64,000 nt of DNA from Candidatus Latescibacterota bacterium (GTDB taxonomy: Bacteria > Latescibacterota > UBA2968). The notes under the pieces were generated by a model. That model saw nothing but the letters and a program-made list of their open reading frames with translations, ran no database searches and was not told where the DNA came from. Below are positions 9,356 to 18,466 of this stretch, in pieces (position 1 is the first letter of the stretch; each line of letters opens with the position of its first letter). A program made the position numbers and the translations under genes. The stretch is from assembly GCA_965198115.1 (NCBI GenBank), contig OZ240241.1, forward strand, positions 4,288,001 through 4,352,000, read 5' to 3'.

Positions 9356-10446
9356 TGGCCACGCCGCAGCCGCGCCAGGATGAAAACATCCAACCGATGC
9401 CCACGCCGCCCTCGACCGGTGGGCCCTTTTTCACGCTTCTGGCTGGCGTGGTGGTTCTTTTCTGTGCCTCCCTTGCGCTCGGATCCGTCCGGATTCCCCT
9501 TCACGAGGTCATCACCATTCTCGCCGGCGATTCAACGGGCTCAACGGCCTGGCACCAGATCGTCACACAAATCCGACTCCCCCGTGCGATCACCGCTGGG
9601 CTGGGTGGGGCCGCCCTCGCCGTCAGCGGCCTTCAGATGCAGACCCTCTTTCGGAACCCGCTCGCCGGGCCCTTCGTCCTCGGCATCAGCGCCGGCGCGA
9701 GCCTCGGTGTGGCCCTGGTCGTGCTGACGTTTGGGGCCGGGGCTTCCGCCCTCATCGCGGGACTCAGCGTCGCTGGCGGGTTCGGCCTCACCGTGGCGGC
9801 CAGCTTGGGAGCCGGCGCTGTTCTGGGTCTCGTGCTGCTCGTGTCAAGACGTGTCGAGGACAACATGACGCTCCTCATCCTCGGGCTGATGTTCGGCTAC
9901 GCGTCGGGCGCGTTCGTCAGCGTGCTCATCTATTTCAGCGCATCGAACGCGGTACAGGCCTACCTCATCTGGACATTCGGCAGCTTCTCGGGTGTCACCT
10001 TCTCTCAGCTGATCGTCTTCGGCCCGGCGGCCACCATCGGGCTTCTGGTGGCCGCGTGCTCGACCAAGTCGCTCAACACCCTGTTGCTGGGCGAACGTTA
10101 CGCCGAAAGTATGGGCCTGAGTGTGGGATATGCGCGCGTCTGGATTCTGTCCAGCGCCTCGCTCCTCGCTGGCGTCACCACCGCCTTCTGCGGACCCGTC
10201 GCCTTCGTCGGCATCGCGGTGCCCCATCTCGTCCGCAGTCTTTTTTCTACATCCGACCACCGTGTTCTATTGCCGGGCACCTGCCTGATGGGCGCGGCCC
10301 TGGCGCTCTTCGCCGACCTCGTGGCCCGACTACCCGGCAGTCAGGTTACGTTGCCGCTCAACGCGGTGACCGCACTGATCGGTGCCCCGATCGTCGTCTG
10401 GATCGTCCTCCGACGGCGGAACCTTCGCACATCGTTTGCAGCCTGA
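9355..10446 (+). CDS. ABC transporter permease, FecCD/BtuC family
   Basis: RLPRAIT, QTLFRNPLA.P..LGISAGA, GE.YA.S.G, GPVAFVG...PH. Confidence 0.92.
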   Translation: MATPQPRQDENIQPMPTPPSTGGPFFTLLAGVVVLFCASLALGSVRIPLHEVITILAGDSTGSTAWHQIVTQIRLPRAITAGLGGAALAVSGLQMQTLFRNPLAGPFVLGISAGASLGVALVVLTFGAGASALIAGLSVAGGFGLTVAASLGAGAVLGLVLLVSRRVEDNMTLLILGLMFGYASGAFVSVLIYFSASNAVQAYLIWTFGSFSGVTFSQLIVFGPAATIGLLVAACSTKSLNTLLLGERYAESMGLSVGYARVWILSSASLLAGVTTAFCGPVAFVGIAVPHLVRSLFSTSDHRVLLPGTCLMGAALALFADLVARLPGSQVTLPLNAVTALIGAPIVVWIVLRRRNLRTSFAA

Positions 10447-10448
10447 CC

Positions 10449-11486
10449 GTGACCCTGCTCGAAACCCGATCGCTGACCATCGGCTACGCTCCACAAAAGG
10501 CGTCGCCTCAGGTCGTAGCCCACGACCTGACGGTGAACCTGGCGAGCGGGGAATTCGTCTGTCTACTCGGCCCCAACGGCGTAGGGAAATCGACGCTCAT
10601 GCGTACCCTCGCCGGAATGCAGCGACCGCTCGGGGGTCGTGCCTTGATCGCCGGCGTCGACGTCACGACGATGACCACACGCGATCGAGCGCGACACGTC
10701 GGCATCGTCCTGACCGATCGCGTCGACGCTGGTCATCTCGATGCCAGAACACTCGTTGGTCTCGGTCGCTACCCCTACACGGACTGGTTGGGTCGACTCG
10801 GTCCAGACGACCTCGAGCAGGTAAGCTGGGCGATCGCGGCGGTCGACGCGATAGAACTCGCCGATCGCCCCATCAACGAACTCAGCGACGGCGAGCGCCA
10901 AAAGGTGATGATCGCACGAGCCCTCGCCCAGGACACGGCCCTGGTCCTTCTGGATGAGCCGACAGCCTTCCTGGACTTGCCACGGCGTGTGGAAATCGTC
11001 GCTCTGTTGCGCCGGCTGGCCCGCCAGACAGGAAAGTCGATTCTCGTCTCGACACACGACCTCGATCTGGCTGTTCGTAACGCCGACAGGATCTGGCTCA
11101 TGTCGAATTCGAGCATCGAAGTCGGTGTCCCCGAGACACTCGTCCTCAACGGAGCTTTCGGCCGCGTGTTCGAACGCGACGGCATCCTCTTCGATCGCCA
11201 GGCAGGCGCCTTTACCGTCCCGACTGAAAACGTCACCCCCGTCCTGCTTCACGGCACAGGTCTCGTGGGGGCCTGGACGACACGAGCACTCGAACGAGTC
11301 GGTTTCGAAGTCCGTCCTGCACGTTCTCCGGACGAGGCCGCTACGGTCGTTTTTGTCGAAGGCGTCGAGGACCATCCCGTCTGGAGACTCGAGCGACCCG
11401 GTCGCGAAGACGTCTTCGAATCCCTCGACGGGCTTCTCGGTTGTCTGTCGCCCTCGCGGCCCCACCCGACCACCAGACGAACGTGA
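10449..11486 (+). CDS. ABC transporter ATP-binding protein (BtuD/FecE-like)
   Basis: GPNGVGKST, LSDGERQ, LLDEPT, STHD; GTG start at 10449. Confidence 0.92.
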   Translation: MTLLETRSLTIGYAPQKASPQVVAHDLTVNLASGEFVCLLGPNGVGKSTLMRTLAGMQRPLGGRALIAGVDVTTMTTRDRARHVGIVLTDRVDAGHLDARTLVGLGRYPYTDWLGRLGPDDLEQVSWAIAAVDAIELADRPINELSDGERQKVMIARALAQDTALVLLDEPTAFLDLPRRVEIVALLRRLARQTGKSILVSTHDLDLAVRNADRIWLMSNSSIEVGVPETLVLNGAFGRVFERDGILFDRQAGAFTVPTENVTPVLLHGTGLVGAWTTRALERVGFEVRPARSPDEAATVVFVEGVEDHPVWRLERPGREDVFESLDGLLGCLSPSRPHPTTRRT

Positions 11487-12406
11487 TGCGCATCGTCTCA
11501 CTTATTCCGAGCGGCACCGAGATCGTCTCCGCCTTGGGTCGTGCCGATCAGCTTGTCGGTCGATCTCACGAATGCGATTACCCGGCTTCGGTCGTCGATC
11601 TTCCAGCGTGCACGGCACCCAAATTCGACCCGGAAGGGAGCAGTGCCGAAATCGACGAGCGGGTGCGCGAAATCCTTCAGAATGCGCTCGCCGTCTACAG
11701 CGTCGACGAGAACAAGCTTCGCGACCTGGCACCCGACGTCATCGTAACACAGACACAATGTGAGATCTGCGCAGTCAGTGCGTTGGACGTGCAGCGGACC
11801 GTATCGCAGTGGGTGGGTACCAGATCCCGCATCGTCACCATGGAGGCGGGGGACATCGATGGCCTTTGGGCAGACATCGAATCGCTCTCACTCGCCCTGA
11901 GCGACCTCGATACGGGCAATCTGCTCACGGCGCGTCTCAAAATGCGAATGGCCGACATCGCCGGCGCGGTCCCTTCGCTCGGAGTCGAGCAACCAACCGT
12001 CGTCTGTATCGAATGGTTCGATCCCCTGATGACGGCGGGCAACTGGGTCCCCGAACTCGTGTCCATGGCTGGCGGCAAGTCGCAGATCGGACAGGCCGGC
12101 CAGCATTCGGGAACAATCGAGTGGCACCACCTGTTGGCTGCCGACCCCGATGTGATCGTCCTGAGGCCCTGCGGGTTCGATCAGGGTCGCACAGTCGACG
12201 AAGCGCGCGGAATCCTCTTCGATCGAACCGATTGGCAGCACCTGCGAGCCGTCCGGAACGATCGCGTCTTCGCGACGGACGGAAACCACTTCTTTAACCG
12301 TCCGGGCCCACGTCTCGTCGAGTCCCTCGAGATCCTGGCCGAAATCCTGCACCCCGACCAGTTCGATTTCGGCCACCGCGGCGTAGCCTGGAAACGGATT
12401 TCCTAA
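11486..12406 (+). CDS. Second periplasmic cobalamin-binding-type protein (BtuF-like)
   Basis: MRIVSLIPSGTEIV, SHECDYP, PDVIVTQ.QC..CAV, NRPGPRL; TGATG overlap with the upstream gene. Confidence 0.85.
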   Translation: MRIVSLIPSGTEIVSALGRADQLVGRSHECDYPASVVDLPACTAPKFDPEGSSAEIDERVREILQNALAVYSVDENKLRDLAPDVIVTQTQCEICAVSALDVQRTVSQWVGTRSRIVTMEAGDIDGLWADIESLSLALSDLDTGNLLTARLKMRMADIAGAVPSLGVEQPTVVCIEWFDPLMTAGNWVPELVSMAGGKSQIGQAGQHSGTIEWHHLLAADPDVIVLRPCGFDQGRTVDEARGILFDRTDWQHLRAVRNDRVFATDGNHFFNRPGPRLVESLEILAEILHPDQFDFGHRGVAWKRIS

Positions 12407-12550
12407 GCCATTGTTTTACAGTCGTATGGCATCGGAAAGGACCATCCGGGGACGACAATTCGCTTGCATCGCCGGTTGGCCTTGTCTATTTTAAGACTCT
12501 GATTTTTTACGCGTTTACGGTCGATTTGACCCAGTCATTCGAGGTTTCCG

Positions 12551-12793
12551 ATGGCCAGAAGATGTCGCCTGACGGGCAAGAAACCGCTCGTCGGCAACCA
12601 CGTTTCCCACTCCCAGCGCAAGGTCAAACGCGTCCAGAAACCGAACCTGAAGAACAAGCGCATTTACGTGCCGGAACTCAGACGCTTTGTACGCGTCAAG
12701 CTATCCACAAGGGCCCTGCGTACCGTCAACAAGAAGGGGTTCATGGCCTTCCTGAAGGACGAGGGACTCAGCGTTAAACAGGTCGCGAGCTAA
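12551..12793 (+). CDS. rpmB: 50S ribosomal protein L28
   Basis: MARRC.LTGK...GNHVSHS..KVKR.QKPNL; upstream TTGCAT-17-TATTTT promoter. Confidence 0.96.
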   Translation: MARRCRLTGKKPLVGNHVSHSQRKVKRVQKPNLKNKRIYVPELRRFVRVKLSTRALRTVNKKGFMAFLKDEGLSVKQVAS

Positions 12794-12816
12794 ACACCCA
12801 CTGAATCGACGGAATG

Positions 12817-12858
12817 CAAAAACGCGGCAGGGCTCTTAAGGCCTTCGCCGCGTTTCTT
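12817..12858 (+). terminator. Intrinsic terminator after rpmB
   Basis: AAAAACGCGGC...GCCGCGTTTCTT hairpin. Confidence 0.6.
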
Positions 12859-12873
12859 CGTTAGGAGAAGCGT

Positions 12874-13350
12874 ATGAACGCCCAGTTGGCGCGCCAGATG
12901 CAGATCGTCGAACTCTACAGAGAACTGAGGGACCAGCTGATCGATACGCTCACCGGAGACGATCTGGCGATGACACCCGGTGGCGATGCACCGGGCCTAG
13001 GAATCCTCTTTCGCGAACTCGGTGAAACTCAATCCGCATACATCGAATCCTTCAAAACCTTCGAATTCGGACCAGCCGAACCGTGTCCCATCGAAGGTCT
13101 CGCCAACAGTTTCGACAAGATTCGTGCGTGGTACACCCAGCTGGACACCGACCTCTCAGCAGTCCTCGAATCGGTCGGCGACGACGAGGGCGAACGCCCC
13201 GTCGACCGAGGCGGCGGAAACCAGCTTCCAGCCTGGATCCACCTCGACGTCTTCCGGGAAGCCTTGATCATCTTTTACGGCAAAGTCAGCGTCTATCTCA
13301 AAGCGGCGGGACGGCCGCGCCCCCAGAGATTCGAACACTGGATCGGTTGA
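12874..13350 (+). CDS. DinB-like four-helix protein
   Basis: L...LT..DL...P, LF.E...Q..YI.SF, EAL.IF.GK..VYL pattern; AGGAG RBS. Confidence 0.6.
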   Translation: MNAQLARQMQIVELYRELRDQLIDTLTGDDLAMTPGGDAPGLGILFRELGETQSAYIESFKTFEFGPAEPCPIEGLANSFDKIRAWYTQLDTDLSAVLESVGDDEGERPVDRGGGNQLPAWIHLDVFREALIIFYGKVSVYLKAAGRPRPQRFEHWIG

Positions 13351-13376
13351 ACCGCCGACCACCACATAGGTGACCC

Positions 13377-13859
13377 TTACCGTCTCTCCAACGGGATCTC
13401 CAGATCGAGCTGTTCCAGCTGGATCCCCGATTCACCAGCCAGCTGCCAGTAGATATCCTCCAGTTCCTGCTCGTAATCATACGGTTCAACGAAAGTGATA
13501 CGTCGGATCCCGGCCTGGACAGACTCCTTCAGGCAGCCGAAACAGGGTCGGGTCGTGCAGTAGAGCACGGCGTCTTCCGTCCGAGCTCCGTGACGCGCCG
13601 CAAAGCAGATCGCATTCTCCTCGGCGTGAACACAGATACACGTGTCCGTACTCTGACCCGACGGCACGTCCGACGCGCAACGCGGGCAACCCCCTTCGTA
13701 GCAATTTCGCACACCAACAGGCGTCCCGTTGTAACCCGTACTGATGATGTTGTTTTCCTTGACGATGACCGCTCCGACTTGCCTCCGAATGCAGTTCGAG
13801 CGCTTGGCCACGTCATACGCGATCGTCGTGAAGTACTCATCCCAGGAGGGTCGATTCAT
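13377..13859 (-). CDS. dCMP deaminase / ComEB family zinc deaminase
   Basis: RPSWDEYF, TGYNG.P, HAE.NA, PC..C. Confidence 0.92.
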   Translation of the reverse strand: MNRPSWDEYFTTIAYDVAKRSNCIRRQVGAVIVKENNIISTGYNGTPVGVRNCYEGGCPRCASDVPSGQSTDTCICVHAEENAICFAARHGARTEDAVLYCTTRPCFGCLKESVQAGIRRITFVEPYDYEQELEDIYWQLAGESGIQLEQLDLEIPLERR

Positions 13860-14016
13860 CTACGAACTCCTTTCATAACCTGCGCCGAATTTAGTTCGTC
13901 GCCTCATCGGGGCCAAATACAACGTTCGAGAAGCTCCGGCGATCGTCGCTTAACTTGAATCTTGGAATGAGAACTCCCATTGGTATATTTCTGACAGAAT
14001 CGCACTTCAACTTGGA

Positions 14017-15870
14017 GTGACCTCAATGATGCACCCGACAACGACCGCCTTCGGTATTTGGAGTGGCGGACACTTTATGCATTTCGGCAGCGACATCGGC
14101 TCGGAAAACCTCGAATCGGCCGTCCGATACGCCTACGACGAGGGCGTTCGTACGTTCATCACAGCCGACGTCTACGGACAGGGAGCGGCCGATGAACTAC
14201 TCGGACGGGCCCTCGCCCACTACGATCGAGACTCCTATTGCCTAGTCGGTGCCATCGGCCACGACTACTACAACGGCGCGCGCGAGGCCGAGCGAGGCTA
14301 CCCTCGCTTCACCGACCCGACGCTTCGCGCCCCGGTCGAATACGGAGATTACATCGACGAGGCGGTCGACAAATCCCTCGAGCGCCTCGGCCACGATCGC
14401 TTCGATCTGCTCCTGCTGCACAACCCCGACACGACGGGATACACACATCAGGCGGTGTGGGACGCCCTGGAGGGGGTGCGCGACAGCGGCAGAACCGCGC
14501 TTTTGGGCGTCGCTCCCGGCCCGGCGAACGGGTTCACGCTCGACGTCATCGACTGCTTCGAAAGACACGGCGACCGCATCGACTGGGCCATGCTCATCCT
14601 CAACCCGCTCGAACCGTGGCCGGGTGGTCTCTGTCTCGACGCGGCGGCCAAACACGACGTCAAAGTCATCGCGCGTGTCGTCGACTACGGCGGCATTTTT
14701 CACGACGACCTTAACGCCGGTGCCCGCTTGCCACGCACCGATCATCGTTCGTTCCGTCCGGCGGGATGGATCGAAGCCGCACACGAAAAGCTGGAACGGT
14801 TCCGCGAAATCGCCAGCCACCACGATCTGTCGCTCCTTCAGTTCGCCTGCAAGTGGGACCTCGGCCAAACTGCCGTCGAATGCGTCGTTCCCACCTTGCT
14901 CCAGGAACCGAAGCCCGACGCCAAATCCATCGAGCAGCAGATCGACGAACTCGTCACCGTCCAGGGCAAAGAAAACCTGACCCCCGATGAACTCACCGAG
15001 GTTCGCAGGCTCGGAGACAACGCGAATTGCATGGCCCTTAAGGGAGCGTCGACGCAGTATCTGGGCGAGCCGATCGGCGATCAATGGCCGATGACCAGCG
15101 AGTTGCGCGAAGTGGGCAAACGATGGGGCATCGAACCCGACCGCGATCTGCTCTATCCCGGCGATATTCGCGACATCCGCGAAAAAGGGGCACCGCGACA
15201 CGGCGTCCCCCAGTCGAGCACACGCCGGCTCTACGTCCAGCTGCTTGCCTTCGGCGTTTGTCGCGACACCGCCCCCCTCGTCGACGCGCTGGGAAAATCC
15301 GATCTGGAGACCGTCCTCTACAGCGACATCAACGATCCTTTCGGAGTTGCCCTCCTACTGATCGCTGAAGATCCATCGACCCTGACCGGGAGCGTCCGGG
15401 CCTTCATCGCATCCAGTCCCTTCGGCGAACTGACGCTAAAGCCGCATCTCACGATGCTCGGACGCACCTACTCGACCGGTCGCGAACCCAACCTCGAGGA
15501 CTACCTGCTCGGCAAGCCCAGACGAAACGCACTCAACACCGAATGGCCCTGGGCGATCTGGTATCCTCTGCGACGCAAGTCCGAATTCGCCCTACTCCCG
15601 CACGCCGAACAGGGCAAGATCCTCTACGAACACGCCACGATCGGTCGTACCTACGGGACTGCGGGCTATGCCCACGACATCCGTCTTGCCTGCTACGGTC
15701 TGGACGAACACGACAACGAATTCGTCCTCGGCCTCATCGGCCCGGATCTGTTCCCACTCTCCCGAATCGTCCAGGAAATGAGAAAGACCCAACAGACCGG
15801 AAAATACATGGAATCCCTTGGGCCCTTCTTCGTCGGCAGGGCAATCTGGCAGAGCCCACTGAAGAAGTAG
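14017..15870 (+). CDS. Fusion of an N-terminal aldo/keto reductase domain and a C-terminal chlorite dismutase/coproheme decarboxylase (ChdC/HemQ)-like domain
   Basis: AKR: TADVYG.G, SLERLG...DLLLLHNPD. C-terminal: WYPLRR..F..LP..EQ..IL.EH..IG, GLD...EF, IVQEMR, GPFFVG. One uninterrupted frame. Confidence 0.8.
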   Translation: MTSMMHPTTTAFGIWSGGHFMHFGSDIGSENLESAVRYAYDEGVRTFITADVYGQGAADELLGRALAHYDRDSYCLVGAIGHDYYNGAREAERGYPRFTDPTLRAPVEYGDYIDEAVDKSLERLGHDRFDLLLLHNPDTTGYTHQAVWDALEGVRDSGRTALLGVAPGPANGFTLDVIDCFERHGDRIDWAMLILNPLEPWPGGLCLDAAAKHDVKVIARVVDYGGIFHDDLNAGARLPRTDHRSFRPAGWIEAAHEKLERFREIASHHDLSLLQFACKWDLGQTAVECVVPTLLQEPKPDAKSIEQQIDELVTVQGKENLTPDELTEVRRLGDNANCMALKGASTQYLGEPIGDQWPMTSELREVGKRWGIEPDRDLLYPGDIRDIREKGAPRHGVPQSSTRRLYVQLLAFGVCRDTAPLVDALGKSDLETVLYSDINDPFGVALLLIAEDPSTLTGSVRAFIASSPFGELTLKPHLTMLGRTYSTGREPNLEDYLLGKPRRNALNTEWPWAIWYPLRRKSEFALLPHAEQGKILYEHATIGRTYGTAGYAHDIRLACYGLDEHDNEFVLGLIGPDLFPLSRIVQEMRKTQQTGKYMESLGPFFVGRAIWQSPLKK

Positions 15871-16038
15871 CTCACGCAAATCAGTTCAACGTGGATGGCC
15901 GGCGCCTGCGGGGCCGGCCATTTTCGTGCGCCCCTGGCGGGAACGAAGAGGCTTCCCGCCATTGCCCGGGTACCCAGTTCGGTAGCCCAACGACGATGCC
16001 GACCTTACATTTCGTCCAAACTATTTTGGAGGCGTTGA

Positions 16039-17253
16039 TTGGATCGCGAACCGGCTTGGCGTGAGCACCTCGATCGTGCGATTCTCGCACACGAAGAAAC
16101 GATCACCTCCGTCCGGAGACACCTTCACAGATACCCCGAGCCAAGCGGCCAGGAAATCCAGACAACCCAGTACCTGGAGCACCTGGTAGAGGACACCGGC
16201 CTGGCGCCGAGACGCCCTGAGAATGGCTGCGGTCTGATCGTCGATTCACCCGGGACGTCGCCTACCCGGGTCGCGCTGAGGGCGGATATAGACGCACTCA
16301 GGATCCAGGACACCAAGAAGACCGCCTACCGAAGCCACGTCGACGGTCTAACGCACGCGTGCGGTCACGACGGCCACACCGCCGCCGTGGTAGGCGCGCT
16401 GCTCGGCATCATCAATGCAGGGCGCCATAACCTTTTACCGTGGCCCGTCGACTGGCGGGTCATTTTCCAGTCTGCAGAGGAAACGAACGAAGGGGCCCTG
16501 GCAATGATCGGTGCGGGAGCGATCGACGACGTCAGCGCCATCTTCAGCCTGCACGCAGACCCCAGCAGGCCGACGGGATGCGTGGGGGTCTCGCCCGGTC
16601 CGATCACCGCCGAATGTCGCTTTGTCGAAATACACCTTCGAGGCGTCGGCGGTCACGCTGCCCGACCGCACGAAGCCCGCGACCCCCTCGCTTCGGCCAT
16701 CCGACTCATGCACAACCTGTATGGTGACCTCGGACGACGTCTGAACGCACACGACCCCGTGGTGTTTACGATCGGGCAGGTCGTTGGCGCGACCAGTCCG
16801 AACGTCATTCCAGATACGGTAACACTCAGGGGCACCCTCAGGTCCCTGGACACGACAGTCGGCGATACGGCCTACGACAGGATCGTCACGCTTGGCCGTG
16901 CAGAGACGGCGGCCTCCGGGGTTGACATCGACGTGTCGGGAAGCATCGGTCCCCCATCCGTCACGAACGACCCCGACCTGGCCGCTATTGTGACCCGCTG
17001 TGCGGAACACGTCGTTGGCCCCGACGGTGTTCAGCCGATCACCGAGCCCAGCATGGGAGGCGAAGACTTCGCCAACTACCAGACGCGTATTCCGGGCTGC
17101 TTGTTCCGGCTCGGTTGTGCGCTCGGGCCCCATGGTAGCCCGCCGCTACACGCCTCGGACTTTGACCTCGACGAAGCCGCACTGCCCCTGGGTTCCCGCA
17201 TCCTCGCCCGGTGTCTCGTCGAAGCTTCGAAACCCTGCCCGGAGGACCCATGA
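16039..17253 (+). CDS. M20D family amidohydrolase
   Basis: RRHLH..PE, LRADIDAL, HACGHDGH, FQ.AEE, GGH.A.PH, GGEDF. Confidence 0.92.
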   Translation: MDREPAWREHLDRAILAHEETITSVRRHLHRYPEPSGQEIQTTQYLEHLVEDTGLAPRRPENGCGLIVDSPGTSPTRVALRADIDALRIQDTKKTAYRSHVDGLTHACGHDGHTAAVVGALLGIINAGRHNLLPWPVDWRVIFQSAEETNEGALAMIGAGAIDDVSAIFSLHADPSRPTGCVGVSPGPITAECRFVEIHLRGVGGHAARPHEARDPLASAIRLMHNLYGDLGRRLNAHDPVVFTIGQVVGATSPNVIPDTVTLRGTLRSLDTTVGDTAYDRIVTLGRAETAASGVDIDVSGSIGPPSVTNDPDLAAIVTRCAEHVVGPDGVQPITEPSMGGEDFANYQTRIPGCLFRLGCALGPHGSPPLHASDFDLDEAALPLGSRILARCLVEASKPCPEDP

Positions 17254-18383
17254 GGAGTCTCGACTTCAACACCAGCCCAAAACCGACGATCGGTGTCGAA
17301 ATCGAACTGGCACTCGTCGACATCGAAACGATGGCCCTCAAGAGCGTGAACCAACCGATTTTAGATAGCCTGCCCGAAAACCTTGCGGATCGGGTCAAAC
17401 CCGAACTCATGCAATGCTATGTGGAGCTCAACACAGGGATCTGCAGGAACGTCAGCGAGGCCGAAGCCGACCTACAGACAACCCTCGGCGCCCTTTCCTC
17501 CGCCGCCGACCGAGAGAACGCCGCACTCTATTGGTCGGCCACACACCCGTTCTCGAAGTGGAAGGACCAGACCGTTACCGACAACGACCGGTATCGAGGT
17601 CTTGTCTCCCAACTCCAGGACACCGCCAGGCAGCTCGTCACATTCGGCCTCCACGTCCACATCGGCGTCGACACGGGAGACAAAGCGGTGATGATCTGCG
17701 ATCGGATCTTACGGTTCCTCCCCGTGCTCCTCGCGATCAGCAGCAACAGCCCTTTCTGGGAAGGAAGGAATACGGGTCTCGCTTCCTGGCGTTCCAAGGT
17801 GATGGAAGGTCTGCCCACAGCGGGTCTCCCTCCGCTCATGCGAAACTGGAGCGAGTATGTGTGGCTCGTCAACCACCTGATCGACACGGGGTTCCTCGAA
17901 TCGATCCGCGAAATCTGGTGGGATGTCCGCCCACACCACGGATTCGGAACGGTCGAGGTGAGAATCTGCGACATACCTGGCACCCTCCAGGACACGTTGA
18001 GCATCGTCGCGTTCATACAGTGCCTGGTACAGTATCTATCGGATCAGATCGAGGAGGGCACGTACCAGCACGACTGCCATCCCATGCTGGTCCGTCAGAA
18101 CAAGTGGCACGCCGCCCGGTACGGACTCGAAGCAAGTCTCGTCGATTCAGAGACGCACGAGTTACGGCCAGTCAGGGAAGTCGTAACCGAGATGATCGGA
18201 AAACTCGGACCCGTGTCCCAAGACCTAGGTTGCCAGGAGTATCTGGTGTGTCTGATCGACCAGGCCAGGCAAAAGTCGTGGGCCCATAGACAAGTCGACC
18301 TGCTGGAAAAGACGGGGGACCCTGCGGCCGTCGTACGCCAAGGAATCGAGGCGTCCTCGATCGGCGCGTCTTCGCCAAGCTGA
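17250..18383 (+). CDS. YbdK/GCS2 family carboxylate-amine ligase
   Basis: TIGVE.E, ELMQC.VE, FGLHVHIG, SSNSPFW.G, WWDVRP...FGTVEVR.CD. Confidence 0.9.
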   Translation: MRSLDFNTSPKPTIGVEIELALVDIETMALKSVNQPILDSLPENLADRVKPELMQCYVELNTGICRNVSEAEADLQTTLGALSSAADRENAALYWSATHPFSKWKDQTVTDNDRYRGLVSQLQDTARQLVTFGLHVHIGVDTGDKAVMICDRILRFLPVLLAISSNSPFWEGRNTGLASWRSKVMEGLPTAGLPPLMRNWSEYVWLVNHLIDTGFLESIREIWWDVRPHHGFGTVEVRICDIPGTLQDTLSIVAFIQCLVQYLSDQIEEGTYQHDCHPMLVRQNKWHAARYGLEASLVDSETHELRPVREVVTEMIGKLGPVSQDLGCQEYLVCLIDQARQKSWAHRQVDLLEKTGDPAAVVRQGIEASSIGASSPS

Positions 18384-18466
18384 CTTGAAAGGGTCACCGA
18401 TTCAGATTATCGTTCTGGGGATCACAAGCCGGGTCAGCGCGCCACAGTGCACGTTGGCCCTTTCTT

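Noticed and set aside
15200-15870. True chlorite dismutase
   Set aside because: By-eye alignment shows no distal Arg at the Cld position and the ChdC-type Tyr is present; a superfamily call only
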